DNA of 64,000 nt, taken from NCBI GenBank assembly GCA_023379805.1, contig JAMCPI010000005.1:1853-65852 (forward strand), written 5' to 3'. The stretch comes from Nitrososphaerota archaeon. Lineage in GTDB: Archaea > Thermoproteota > Nitrososphaeria > Nitrososphaerales > JACPRH01. The translations under genes and the position numbers were made by a program. The notes beneath the pieces are model-generated. The model was not told where the DNA came from and made no database searches. It saw nothing but the letters and a program-made list of their open reading frames with translations. Positions 29,251-39,155 of this stretch are shown piece by piece. Position 1 is the first letter of the stretch, and every line of letters starts with the position of its first letter.

Positions 29251-30252
29251 TCAGATTGCTGATATAACAAATTTAATGCCATAAATAAGCAGAGTAAGCC
29301 AACATGCTAATGGGTGGAAAAACCAAGCTCGATCCGGCATTTTCTTATACCCTTTAATGGAGTCTGTTGCAATAGGAACCACGATTAGCGTATATAATAC
29401 AAATCTTAAAACTCCTATGCGGTTTCTTTTCCATGGATACTTTCTCATTCCAAGTCTATCGTATAATAGGTAATCTCGTATCCTGCGATGGGTTTTTCTT
29501 GTAAATGTCGTTATATCATTGGCAAATAGATGGACTATTCCGATCTTGACTTTTGCGAATTTGTTTTGTTGATTTTTGATTAGTTGGTATATGATGTCTA
29601 CGTCGAAAAGATACGGTTCGTATTGCAACTCCTTAAGCGCGTTTGCTCGCACTAAGAAACCGTTCGCGCCTATGGTTGGAATATTATTATCGTCCAACTC
29701 TAAAAGCAGGTAATTGTTGTAATCTTTTGTTCTGATAGATAACTCAGTCCATTTTCCAGTGATATAACAGTACCTATCATAGTTCCCCATGTATAAACAA
29801 AGTGGATCATTCATTCCAAGCAATGCGCAGTATCGGCTTACAAAAGAATCTTGCGTTCGATAAGTATAGTGTAACGGCTCAACACCAACAATGTCTTCGT
29901 TTCTAAATGGGTTAACCATTTGTTTAAGCCAGTTCTCTTCATTCAAGACGTTATCCGAATCTTGAAACAGTATAATTTCATTTGTTGACGCTTTTACGCC
30001 AACAGCCTTCCCTGCTTCGCCAGTCCTTAATGGGTTGTTCAGTAACTTGTTTATCCCAAATTTCTTTGCTATTAGCAACGTTTGATCTTTTGAGCCGCCA
30101 TCAATAAGTATTATTTCAATCCTATTTTTGGAATAGTTCTGCCTCCTTATACTGTCTAAGCACTGGCCTAGTGTTCGCTCTGAGTTATAGGTTGGTATCA
30201 CAATACTTATGGACGGTAAATTCTTACTGTCTATTCTCTCGTTTTCTTCCAA
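29251..30252 (-). CDS. GT2-family glycosyltransferase
   Basis: SIVIPTYNSE, IDGGSKD and QDSD (DxD) motifs; C-terminal hydrophobic segments. Confidence 0.9.
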   Translation of the reverse strand: MEENERIDSKNLPSISIVIPTYNSERTLGQCLDSIRRQNYSKNRIEIILIDGGSKDQTLLIAKKFGINKLLNNPLRTGEAGKAVGVKASTNEIILFQDSDNVLNEENWLKQMVNPFRNEDIVGVEPLHYTYRTQDSFVSRYCALLGMNDPLCLYMGNYDRYCYITGKWTELSIRTKDYNNYLLLELDDNNIPTIGANGFLVRANALKELQYEPYLFDVDIIYQLIKNQQNKFAKVKIGIVHLFANDITTFTRKTHRRIRDYLLYDRLGMRKYPWKRNRIGVLRFVLYTLIVVPIATDSIKGYKKMPDRAWFFHPLACWLTLLIYGIKFVISAI

Positions 30253-31705
30253 AATCCTTCACATGTCCTATAACTTTCGCTATTCCTTTAAAGGAATATT
30301 TTACATCCCTCCATGAACGAATATGTAGCAAGTGCCTTAACATATATTTGGGTGACAAGAATACTTTGTAGATCTCATCACAAACACCCATCACTTCCTC
30401 AGGAGTCATGTCAACCGTTTCCAAAACCGGTTCAGTCATATCAAAACGATCATAATCAAATGGATCTACCCTAAACCATCCCTCCTCCTTTGCCTCGTCA
30501 TACAATTTGGTTCCCGGGTAAGGAATGACAACCGTTGATTGAAGCGTTGAAGCCCAACCGTTCTCTATCAATTCTTTTGCCATTTTTGACGTTTTTAATG
30601 CGTCTTCGTGCCTTTCCCATGGGTATCCAACCATAACAGTTATATGCGGTTCGAGCCCTTCTTGTCTAGCAACTTTACATTCGCGAATTGCATCCTCTAT
30701 CCTAATACCCTTATTTAATCTACCAAGGGTGTATTGATTACCGGATTCTAAACCGAAGAGAAGCATTCTAAATCCAGCTTTTCTTAATAGACGATAATCA
30801 TCCCTACTCAAAACACCAAATCGCATATTGCAGCTGAATCTTATTCGTTCGTTATACCCACCTTCAATCATTAATTGTGAAAACCTCTTTAGCCAAGACC
30901 CTATCGGAAATGTCCCAGTATCGTCAAATACTTCTTTGACACCTTGATTCTCTATGAGCATCCCAATTTCCTCGACCAAAAGTTCTGGTTTTCTAACCCT
31001 ATAATTTGGATAAAGTGTAGGCCAAGAACAGAATGTGCACCCTCCATTATTTCTCCACCAGCAATCTCTACCGACCATAGTATAGGTGCCGGGCGTACTC
31101 TTGAAGTTCCCGTTTTTCTCACTGTATAAACGCCACCTCGTCAAATCTCTATCGATAAATGGTAAACTATTTACATCATGATTTAGTTGAAATCGCCCCG
31201 TATTTTTTATCTCACCGTCATCCCTGAACCAAATCCCGGGCTCGAGAACTTTGCCATCATCTAAGTATTGAACGAGATTTAGGAAGAGAAAATCATAATC
31301 TCCACCCTCTAATACATAATCCGCTTTGCTATGCTCCATCGACTCCCTTGCCAGGTATGTGACGTGGTCTCCTACCAAGACAACTTTGGTATCTTGCGAT
31401 ACTTCCTTAACATCATCTATAATTGTCCAATGCCTTTTAACTGTAGGGGTCTTTGTCTCAATCATCATCACGTCAGGTTTAACCTGCTCTATGTTTTTGA
31501 GCCATTCACCATATTTATTTTCCCCTGCAATTCCATCAACCCATGCAACATCATGACCTGCTTCCTTCAATAAGGTAGCGGCATATGCCGGAACCACCGG
31601 GTAAATGTATGTTGGCGCATGAAAATATTGAAATTGTCTGTTCTGACTCAGTAACGGTATGCCTTTTTCGCTAGTTATTGGTGGATACGATATAGCGATC
31701 TTCAT
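30224..31705 (-). CDS. B12-binding domain radical SAM enzyme (HpnJ-like architecture)
   Basis: N-terminal cobalamin-binding-like region (VLVGDH..GGDYD); GRDCWWRNNGGCTFC cluster motif; FDD, FGLES and PYPGTKLY motifs. Confidence 0.88.
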   Translation of the reverse strand: MKIAISYPPITSEKGIPLLSQNRQFQYFHAPTYIYPVVPAYAATLLKEAGHDVAWVDGIAGENKYGEWLKNIEQVKPDVMMIETKTPTVKRHWTIIDDVKEVSQDTKVVLVGDHVTYLARESMEHSKADYVLEGGDYDFLFLNLVQYLDDGKVLEPGIWFRDDGEIKNTGRFQLNHDVNSLPFIDRDLTRWRLYSEKNGNFKSTPGTYTMVGRDCWWRNNGGCTFCSWPTLYPNYRVRKPELLVEEIGMLIENQGVKEVFDDTGTFPIGSWLKRFSQLMIEGGYNERIRFSCNMRFGVLSRDDYRLLRKAGFRMLLFGLESGNQYTLGRLNKGIRIEDAIRECKVARQEGLEPHITVMVGYPWERHEDALKTSKMAKELIENGWASTLQSTVVIPYPGTKLYDEAKEEGWFRVDPFDYDRFDMTEPVLETVDMTPEEVMGVCDEIYKVFLSPKYMLRHLLHIRSWRDVKYSFKGIAKVIGHVKDFGRKRENRQ

Positions 31706-32661
31706 TTGTTCAAATCACGCTCAGCCAGTCCAGCTATAAAGTATGATCCGTAAATAAAATGAGTAAGGATTAGCCCCGGCCAGACAAGTATTGCATATCT
31801 AATATTTCTTATTTCATTCAAGGACGCAAGCAGTGTTAAGAAAACGTAACTCGCAATAACAATTAATATGTAATTAATAATAAGAGGAACAAATACGTAT
31901 ACAAGTAAGCAAAAAATAAAAGATAATACCAAGAATGAAGGAATAAAGTATGTAAACTTTAAAGAATTTCCCCGGAATGTTTTAGCAAAGAATCCTCTAT
32001 GCAGCCCGAAACGAGAAACTTGTTTCAAATGGGGAATAAAAAGTGGGCGACGATGGTGGTACACGATTACATCGAAAGCTTCCACCATTTTTTTGCCAGC
32101 CATCTTCAAATTTAAACATATTAAAGTGTCTTCGCCAGGCCAATATTTCTCATTCCAGCCTCCAACTTCCAACAAAGCGTCTTTCTTTACAATGAAGTTA
32201 CAGGAATGTATGTCATCTGAATCCACGCTCTGTTTAGATATATATCGCCTTGATACTCGTCCAATCATGAACGATGAGAGCACATAACCACCCGATTTTT
32301 GCAAGAAATTATCTTCCTCCGGGGTTAGACCAGGGCCTCCTACGGCAACGACACTACGATCTTCAAAATAGTTTACAGCATTTGTTAACCAATCGTGTCT
32401 AGGGTACGCATCAGAATCTATGAATGCGCATAGTTCGCCGTTACAATTGGCGACTCCAATGTTTCTTTTAGCTCCAGGCGTTTTCGGTCCTGTTGGAATA
32501 ATCTTTACATCACTGATTTCCTCACTCACACTATCAGGAAGTAGTATTATCTCACGATTATTGTAACTAAGCTCGCTACAACGTTTAACACACTCCTTGG
32601 CATAGGAGTCTACACTTTTACAAGGGATAATTATAGAAATTAGAGGACGGTCACTTAGCAC
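31702..32661 (-). CDS. GT2-family glycosyltransferase with C-terminal TM helices
   Basis: ISIIIPC, KRNIG, FIDSD, PGEDT and HHRR motifs. Start reassigned to GTG 32661, preceded by AGGAG. Confidence 0.88.
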   Translation of the reverse strand: MLSDRPLISIIIPCKSVDSYAKECVKRCSELSYNNREIILLPDSVSEEISDVKIIPTGPKTPGAKRNIGVANCNGELCAFIDSDAYPRHDWLTNAVNYFEDRSVVAVGGPGLTPEEDNFLQKSGGYVLSSFMIGRVSRRYISKQSVDSDDIHSCNFIVKKDALLEVGGWNEKYWPGEDTLICLNLKMAGKKMVEAFDVIVYHHRRPLFIPHLKQVSRFGLHRGFFAKTFRGNSLKFTYFIPSFLVLSFIFCLLVYVFVPLIINYILIVIASYVFLTLLASLNEIRNIRYAILVWPGLILTHFIYGSYFIAGLAERDLNK

Positions 32662-33230
32662 ATTGCTTGCACTCCTAAGATAATAGGCGGAGTTTAGGGA
32701 GTCCCCTAAATCCACTCCAAGAATTGGAGTCTGAAGAAACACGCTTACTGCTGGAGAACAAAAACGATGTACTTGGGTTATGGGCAAAGGGTTGTGAGAG
32801 TACATCTGGAGTAAAAGCCGCAGAAAAAATTAACACTAGGGAAAATATTACAAAGCCTTTCTCCGGCTTTCCCATAATTTTTTGAGGTATAATTGATATA
32901 ATTCTAGATGGCACCATAAAGACCTCTTTTTTCTTTATTATTCATATTTATCATCTACAAAGTAGATCCATGAGATAGAATCTCAATAGCAAAGATGCTG
33001 TTTTCAGCCGCTATAAGTTTTTCCCACATCCGAGATTGTTGCGAATCTAAGATTAGCTAGAATTTGTTTGAACGGGCTAATCTGGAAAATTGATTTATGG
33101 ATGAACGAGGAGTTTATTTGGCCTAAGCTATTACACCTTGCTAGGGGAGGCTTAGGTCGGAAGAACGGAAGCAGTTAATACCATCTCATATGTACTAATG
33201 GTCTCTAAATATTGGGTTAAGTGTGATAAG

Positions 33231-34556
33231 TCACGAATTTAATAAATTCGTTTTATTCCTAAGTATACTGTAAGCCATAAATGATAAGACGACCGAAAAG
33301 AGTAAGCCTACGATGAATAGAACAAGTCCGCTATAAAACGTTGGGGATATAAATTCATCCGTTCTATTGACGTACGTAGAAACGCTTGAAAATATAGGTA
33401 AAAATGAATCTGGAAATCTTGAGGCCAAGGGTAGAAGGTAGAAAGGAAAATTCTTCTGTGCGTAGAGAAAAGCCGTAATGGATATAAAAAAGAAATAAAT
33501 CCTGAAGGTAGGGAAGTAAATTATCGCTAGGGAGATCAGTGATAATAAAATCAAAGAGCGTTGCTCAGAAACGAAAAGCCAAGATAAGAAGAAGGACACT
33601 GTAATTATTAATGACCCCAGCACAACTGTATCAAATGAAGAGCTGGTCCGCCTAGTAATATAATATATTGAAAGTGATATCAAAAGTAACAAAACTAAAT
33701 TCATTGCTACTCGTGACCAGAAGAAATCAACAGGCATGATTAAGGAAATCGACCAATAAGTCAAGCCAAAACCTGATATGTAAAAGAAGCTGTTTGGATA
33801 AATTAAACCTATCAAAAATCGAATTAACGCATCTTTCTGATAAAAGATGAGATATGCTCCCAACGGAACAAGCGGAGATAGAAATATGTATAATTTCCTT
33901 AGTTTATCCTTGTCAAACCTTAAAATCGATATCAAGAATGGAATTAGAAATACGATCGGATACACTTTAATCATAACGGCAATCCATAAAGAGAGCGACG
34001 AAAGGACAATTCTTTTTGTCACCAACAAAAAATAGATGGCTAGCAACGAGAAAAGGACAGCTAATGAATCAAACTGACCCCAAGCGGCAGAAATCCATAT
34101 AACTATTGGACTTAAATAATATAATAATGCTGAACGTTTTGATAGAATATTGTCTTTAGAGTAAAAGTAGGATATCCGGTAAATTAAGTACGCTGATAAA
34201 ATATCCGCAAGCAGAAGCGGAATTTTTACCAATGTATTAAAAAGCGGATCGGTAATGACAGCAATTCCATAACTGGGATCAAAACTTTTAGGTAAACTCA
34301 AAACAGGAATTGCTTCGATATAAAATATTCTCGAAAGCAAATTATAAATGTACGCAATGGATCCTAGGAAGAGCATCCAAATTGGGTTAACTCCAAGCAG
34401 AGAAAGAGTTATGCCATGCTTATTTATCTCTTCAACATCTTTATACCAAGAATACATATCGTATGGATGTGCCACGAAGGGCATTAACGCTATACGGATA
34501 ACAATTCCTAAAAGAACAAGATATTTAGTGTTTGAAGATAGCCCCCGATGGGACAA
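33231..34556 (-). CDS. GT-C-fold polytopic glycosyltransferase (GT87/PIG-M-like)
   Basis: HPYDM loop after TM1, KIPLLLAD, SP..IWISAAWGQFD, IK.YP and E/QR motifs; about 11 TM segments. Confidence 0.7.
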   Translation of the reverse strand: MSHRGLSSNTKYLVLLGIVIRIALMPFVAHPYDMYSWYKDVEEINKHGITLSLLGVNPIWMLFLGSIAYIYNLLSRIFYIEAIPVLSLPKSFDPSYGIAVITDPLFNTLVKIPLLLADILSAYLIYRISYFYSKDNILSKRSALLYYLSPIVIWISAAWGQFDSLAVLFSLLAIYFLLVTKRIVLSSLSLWIAVMIKVYPIVFLIPFLISILRFDKDKLRKLYIFLSPLVPLGAYLIFYQKDALIRFLIGLIYPNSFFYISGFGLTYWSISLIMPVDFFWSRVAMNLVLLLLISLSIYYITRRTSSSFDTVVLGSLIITVSFFLSWLFVSEQRSLILLSLISLAIIYFPTFRIYFFFISITAFLYAQKNFPFYLLPLASRFPDSFLPIFSSVSTYVNRTDEFISPTFYSGLVLFIVGLLFSVVLSFMAYSILRNKTNLLNS

Positions 34557-34564
34557 TTTTGAGA

Positions 34565-35461
34565 TTATAACCTCTTTCGTTCGTTCAAAATAACCTGAAG
34601 AACAACAGCAGTTGTTGTAGCGAGAAACCCAATAACAATTAAACCAACCGAGATAAATGCGCTCCCGATAGCAACAGATCTTGTTTCAAGGAAGATACTC
34701 AAGACTCTGAAACCCATAATGAGACCACCTAGGATCATTATTACGCCTGGCAAGCCGAAATAGACCAGAGGCTTCTGTTCAGAAGCGATTCTTAAAAGAG
34801 AATAGAAAACATCGAAACTGTGATGCACCGGGTTTAATGTAGAGCCTTCATGACCATTGTAGGATACTGAAATTGGCACCTCAACAACGTTGAATGAGCC
34901 ACTTGAGGCAGAGATAAGGATTTCAGAATCCACGCCCATGCCTTGTTCACTAACCTTAACATAAGTCAAAACTTTCCTCGAATATGCCCTAAAGCCACTT
35001 TGAGAGTCAGATAGACCCTTAAAGCTTTCCGAGGAAAGTAAATTAGTAAAAGAGGTCATAACATTATTCCCGATCGCTCTATGAAGTGGAATTGAATTAC
35101 CTTTGTTGCTGAATCTTGAACCTATAACTATATCTGCAGTTCCAGCAAGAACTGGTGCGATTAGCCTCGGAATATCATCGGGATAATGCTGCCCATCACC
35201 GTCCAAAGTTATTATGATTTCTCCGCCGATCGAGAGAGCTTTCTCAAAAAGATCCCTTAAAGCGGCACCTTTGCCAAGTCTCTTCTTATGGACAATTAAA
35301 TCGCAACCAAGGCGACTGGCGATCTCAGAGGTCAAATCGGTCGAACCATCATCACAAACAATGACCTTATCAACAAACTTGGATGTCTTAACTACTACAG
35401 GGCCTAAATCACGCTCCTCATTGTATGCTGGAATACAAGCAATGATCAATTCAAACGCCAA
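34565..35461 (-). CDS. GT2 polyprenol-phosphate glycosyltransferase (DPM/GtrB-like) with 2 C-terminal TMs
   Basis: IPAYNEE, DDGSTD, GKGAA, LDGDGQH, GSRF and DSQSGFRAY motifs. Confidence 0.9.
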   Translation of the reverse strand: MAFELIIACIPAYNEERDLGPVVVKTSKFVDKVIVCDDGSTDLTSEIASRLGCDLIVHKKRLGKGAALRDLFEKALSIGGEIIITLDGDGQHYPDDIPRLIAPVLAGTADIVIGSRFSNKGNSIPLHRAIGNNVMTSFTNLLSSESFKGLSDSQSGFRAYSRKVLTYVKVSEQGMGVDSEILISASSGSFNVVEVPISVSYNGHEGSTLNPVHHSFDVFYSLLRIASEQKPLVYFGLPGVIMILGGLIMGFRVLSIFLETRSVAIGSAFISVGLIVIGFLATTTAVVLQVILNERKRL

Positions 35462-35594
35462 TCAAACAAACCTACAAATATTTAATTACTACACCAAGAA
35501 AGCAAAAGCAGACAGATTCCGCTCTAACTAAGAAGATAAATAGGTTCAAAGAAGGGGTCTAATCCACATACCCTCCGTCAAAGGAGGAGAGAAT

Positions 35595-37112
35595 TTGCAG
35601 TCCGAAAATGTTGCCAGAGGAGCCAGTCTACTCATAATTCAAAGCATGGCAGCATACCTACTCTCCTTTTCATTCTACATACTAATAGCCAGAGTTCTAG
35701 GATCAACTGAAGTAGGAAAATTATCTATTTTGCTCATGGTTAGCTCAGTTTTCAGCCTAACTGGCCTATCAATAAACTATGCGCTACAAAAATTTATACC
35801 AGCCTTCACAGAAAAACAGGAGTACGACAAAACAAGCAGTCTAATCAGAACAAGCATAGTAATCCTAACCACAATATCCACCACAGCCCTAGTAATCCTG
35901 CTAACGTTAGGAGCACAGATTAGCACCATCCTCTTCGGAACCGCATCGGACACAGCACCGGTAATCATAATCCTGCTAGCGACCTTCATAGTGAATTTCA
36001 CAGCAGTTTTCGGAGGAGCAATGCTTGGTTTCGGCAAGTTCAAAGACACAGCGATTCTAAACATTCTAAATGCAGGGCTGAGCAGAATACTCGCGGTTTT
36101 TCTCGCAGCCCTTGGATTAGGTCTAATAGGAGTAACCCTAGGATGGCTAGTCGCCGCCCTCGCCACACTAGGCTTCTCAATATATGTTCTGAGGCATAAC
36201 CTTCACCTGAAGAAGAAAGGCTTCCCAGCCAAGCAGCTACTAGAATACAGCCTACCAGTGCATGTGTTCACAATCATCACCTTTATTCAAGCCTGGGCCG
36301 ATGTCGCAGTCCTCTACGCAATATCAACCAACCTCTCACAAATAGGAACATACTACCTAGTAATATCAGGCGCAGCCATCCTCTCACTATTCTACCAACC
36401 CATAAGCATGGCAATACTCCCAGCCCTGTCACACAGATACGTCCAACACGGCGTAAACGGAATTAAGCCGATGATAGAAGCCTACATCAAACTAACCTGC
36501 AAAATACTCATCCCAGTAGGAGTAGCCTTCGCAGCCCTCTCAGCAACAGCATTAGAAACCGCGTATGGCCCACAATACGTTTCAGGAGCAATGCCCTTCG
36601 CAATACTAGTAGCAACAGCCATAATCCCCGCACTATCACTACTCACAGTCACAATCATCCAAAGCATAGGAAACACACGCCCACTCATAATAGTAGGAAT
36701 AACGTCCTCAATAGCAGACATAGCACTGGTTGCATCACTAGCAAATCCGCTTGGAGGAGTCGCCGGAATAGCAGGACGCGTAGCATTCTCCACCGTAGGA
36801 TTAGTCTTAGGATACCTCTTCATCAGAAGCAAAATCAAGCTAAACATCCTCCCAGAACTCAAAAAACCAATAGCGGCCGCTGCAGCAATAGCAACCCCAC
36901 TCTACATACTAGATCAATACTTGACACAAACGGTAAACCTATCGTCAAGACTGAGAGCACCGGTAGACATTGCAGCCTTCGTAGTAGTCGCAGCCACATT
37001 CACATATCTCACACGCTACATAACAACCGATGACATGAGCATAGTAAAACAGGCAATGCCCACACAGCTAAGAAGAACTGTGAACAAAATCGAGAAAATA
37101 ATCGTACGTTAA
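35595..37112 (+). CDS. Oligosaccharide flippase (Wzx/MOP superfamily)
   Basis: 505 aa with about 12-14 TMs; ARVLG..EVG, LL.YSLP, D..VL, G.Y, LP.LS and YG..Y..G patterns. Confidence 0.85.
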   Translation: MQSENVARGASLLIIQSMAAYLLSFSFYILIARVLGSTEVGKLSILLMVSSVFSLTGLSINYALQKFIPAFTEKQEYDKTSSLIRTSIVILTTISTTALVILLTLGAQISTILFGTASDTAPVIIILLATFIVNFTAVFGGAMLGFGKFKDTAILNILNAGLSRILAVFLAALGLGLIGVTLGWLVAALATLGFSIYVLRHNLHLKKKGFPAKQLLEYSLPVHVFTIITFIQAWADVAVLYAISTNLSQIGTYYLVISGAAILSLFYQPISMAILPALSHRYVQHGVNGIKPMIEAYIKLTCKILIPVGVAFAALSATALETAYGPQYVSGAMPFAILVATAIIPALSLLTVTIIQSIGNTRPLIIVGITSSIADIALVASLANPLGGVAGIAGRVAFSTVGLVLGYLFIRSKIKLNILPELKKPIAAAAAIATPLYILDQYLTQTVNLSSRLRAPVDIAAFVVVAATFTYLTRYITTDDMSIVKQAMPTQLRRTVNKIEKIIVR

Positions 37113-37148
37113 GAAATATATTGACCGCCGCGTTCTAGTTGCCGAACA

Positions 37149-37913
37149 TTACCATCGGATTATCGGCCTGTACTCTGGTGGGATCTTCTTCCTGTAATTC
37201 TTCTGATACCATTGCTTCACCCTCAACCTGTACGTTATACCCATTATATCCACGAACATCCTGACAATGTTTCTGGCGCTGAACAGTGCATTGCTGTGAA
37301 TCTCAACAGGCATTATTACAATCCGTTTCTTTAACATTGTTGCAATGGTCAAAACCTCAACGTCAAAGGCGTATTTTCTGACCGATACAAGCCGCATAAT
37401 ATCAACCAACGCCTGTCGCCGATAGGCCTTGAAACCCACCTGCGTATCCCTGAGTTTAATTCCAGTCATCAAACGCACTAGTACGTTGAAGCCTAGGCTC
37501 AAAACCTTCCTCAAAATAGGCTGATCCACGATGGAGTCGGGATGCCACTTCGAGCCTACAACAATATCAGCATGCTCCAAGGCAGAAAGATACTGTTCAA
37601 TCTCGTTAACACTTATCTCCGCGTCCCCATCCATAAACACAATGTAATCACCTTTAGAGCTCAAGGCGCCCATCTTCAACGCATACCCTTTACCCTGATT
37701 CTTGTCATATCCTATTACTCGAACATGTGGGTTACGATATGACTTTGCAAAACTTCGCGTCGCGTCTTTGCTGCCATCATCGACCACCAAGATTTCATAG
37801 TTGCAGTTGAGATGACTCAACCGTCGGTCAGTTTGAACAATCGACTCCTTGACTGTGGGCCCTGCATTGTACACGGGCACAACCACTGATACAAGGCTGG
37901 AGCTTGATATCAC
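37149..37913 (-). CDS. GT2 dolichol-phosphate glycosyltransferase-like protein
   Basis: VVPVYN, VDDGSKD, NQGKGYA, MDGD, DTQVGFK and YAFDVE motifs. Confidence 0.9.
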   Translation of the reverse strand: MISSSSLVSVVVPVYNAGPTVKESIVQTDRRLSHLNCNYEILVVDDGSKDATRSFAKSYRNPHVRVIGYDKNQGKGYALKMGALSSKGDYIVFMDGDAEISVNEIEQYLSALEHADIVVGSKWHPDSIVDQPILRKVLSLGFNVLVRLMTGIKLRDTQVGFKAYRRQALVDIMRLVSVRKYAFDVEVLTIATMLKKRIVIMPVEIHSNALFSARNIVRMFVDIMGITYRLRVKQWYQKNYRKKIPPEYRPIIRW

Positions 37914-38098
37914 AACACACCTAACTGAAACTGAATTATATTAAAAGATTATCTATAAAAAAGATCAACCGCCAAGACCAAGCTGGCAAATCGTACTATC
38001 CTTCACGATCATAAAAATCGGAAAAACAGCTGACAAACTATTTCTCCAAGGCAAAGCAGTAAACATAAGTAAGTTAACTTGACATCACTACCGCCTCG

Positions 38099-39136
38099 GT
38101 GCAGATAATAGTAATGATTCACGAAACAATAAAGAACGGCTTAGAAACCATCCAAAAAAGTCTCCCTAAAAAAGAGTTTCAAGGAAAAAAAGTTCTAATC
38201 ACCGGAGGAGCAGGCTTTATCGGAAGCTGGATAACAGATTTACTCGTAATCAACAAAGCTGAAGTCACAATAATAGACGACTTCTCAACTGGCCTTAGCG
38301 AAAACATAGATCACTTAGTAGGCAAACCAAACCTCAAACTGATCAAAAAAGATATTACAAAAATCAGCTTGAAAGAAGTAGGAGAGCATGACTTAATACT
38401 CAACTTGGCAAGTAGACCAACACCCGACGATTACCAGCTTAACCCGTTACAAACACTTAGAATAAGCTCTATTGGCACAGAAGTCGTGCTGGAGGCGGCG
38501 AGAAAATACGATGCAAAAATACTTACGGCATCCACTAGCGAAATATACGGGGATACCCAAGTTATTCCTACGCCGGAAACCTACTGGGGAAACGTGAACC
38601 CAACTGGTCCAAGATCCTGCTATGATGAGGGCAAAAGATACGGCGAAGCCCTCGTAACAGCCTATAGAAGGCAGTATGGGTTGCAAACAGTAATTATCCG
38701 CATCTTCAACACATACGGTCCTAGACTTAGAGCCGAAGGGACCTACGGTCGAGCACTCTCAAGATTCATCGACCAAGCACTCACAGGCCAACCCATAACA
38801 GTCTACGGAACTGGAAAACAAACCAGATCATTCACATACATAACAGACACCGCAAAAGGAATCCTACAAGCCACAATAGCACCAAAAGCAATAGGCGAAA
38901 CCATCAACATCGGAAACATACAAGAAACAACGATACTCCAACTAGCACAGACAATCAAAACACTAACCAAAAGCACATCAAAAATCACATTCAAACCTCT
39001 ACCCCAAGACGATCCTAAACGAAGAGCACCAGACATAACCAAAGCTAAGCAAATACTTGGATGGATACCCCAAATCGACCTAGAAACAGGCCTCAGAAAA
39101 ACCATCGAATGGTTCCAAGAACAGCATAAAGGTTAA
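38099..39136 (+). CDS. uxs: UDP-glucuronate decarboxylase (UDP-xylose synthase) family SDR
   Basis: TGGAGFIGS, ASTSEIYGD, ETYWGNVNP.GPRSCYDEGKR, RIFNTYGPR, QTRSF.Y and DDP.RR.PDI motifs. Confidence 0.9.
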   Translation: MQIIVMIHETIKNGLETIQKSLPKKEFQGKKVLITGGAGFIGSWITDLLVINKAEVTIIDDFSTGLSENIDHLVGKPNLKLIKKDITKISLKEVGEHDLILNLASRPTPDDYQLNPLQTLRISSIGTEVVLEAARKYDAKILTASTSEIYGDTQVIPTPETYWGNVNPTGPRSCYDEGKRYGEALVTAYRRQYGLQTVIIRIFNTYGPRLRAEGTYGRALSRFIDQALTGQPITVYGTGKQTRSFTYITDTAKGILQATIAPKAIGETINIGNIQETTILQLAQTIKTLTKSTSKITFKPLPQDDPKRRAPDITKAKQILGWIPQIDLETGLRKTIEWFQEQHKG

Positions 39137-39155
39137 GCCGAAAACAGCTTGTAAA

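Noticed and set aside
32675-32917. Small membrane protein upstream of the GT2
   Set aside because: One hydrophobic stretch then low-information sequence; possibly frameshifted but unsupported.
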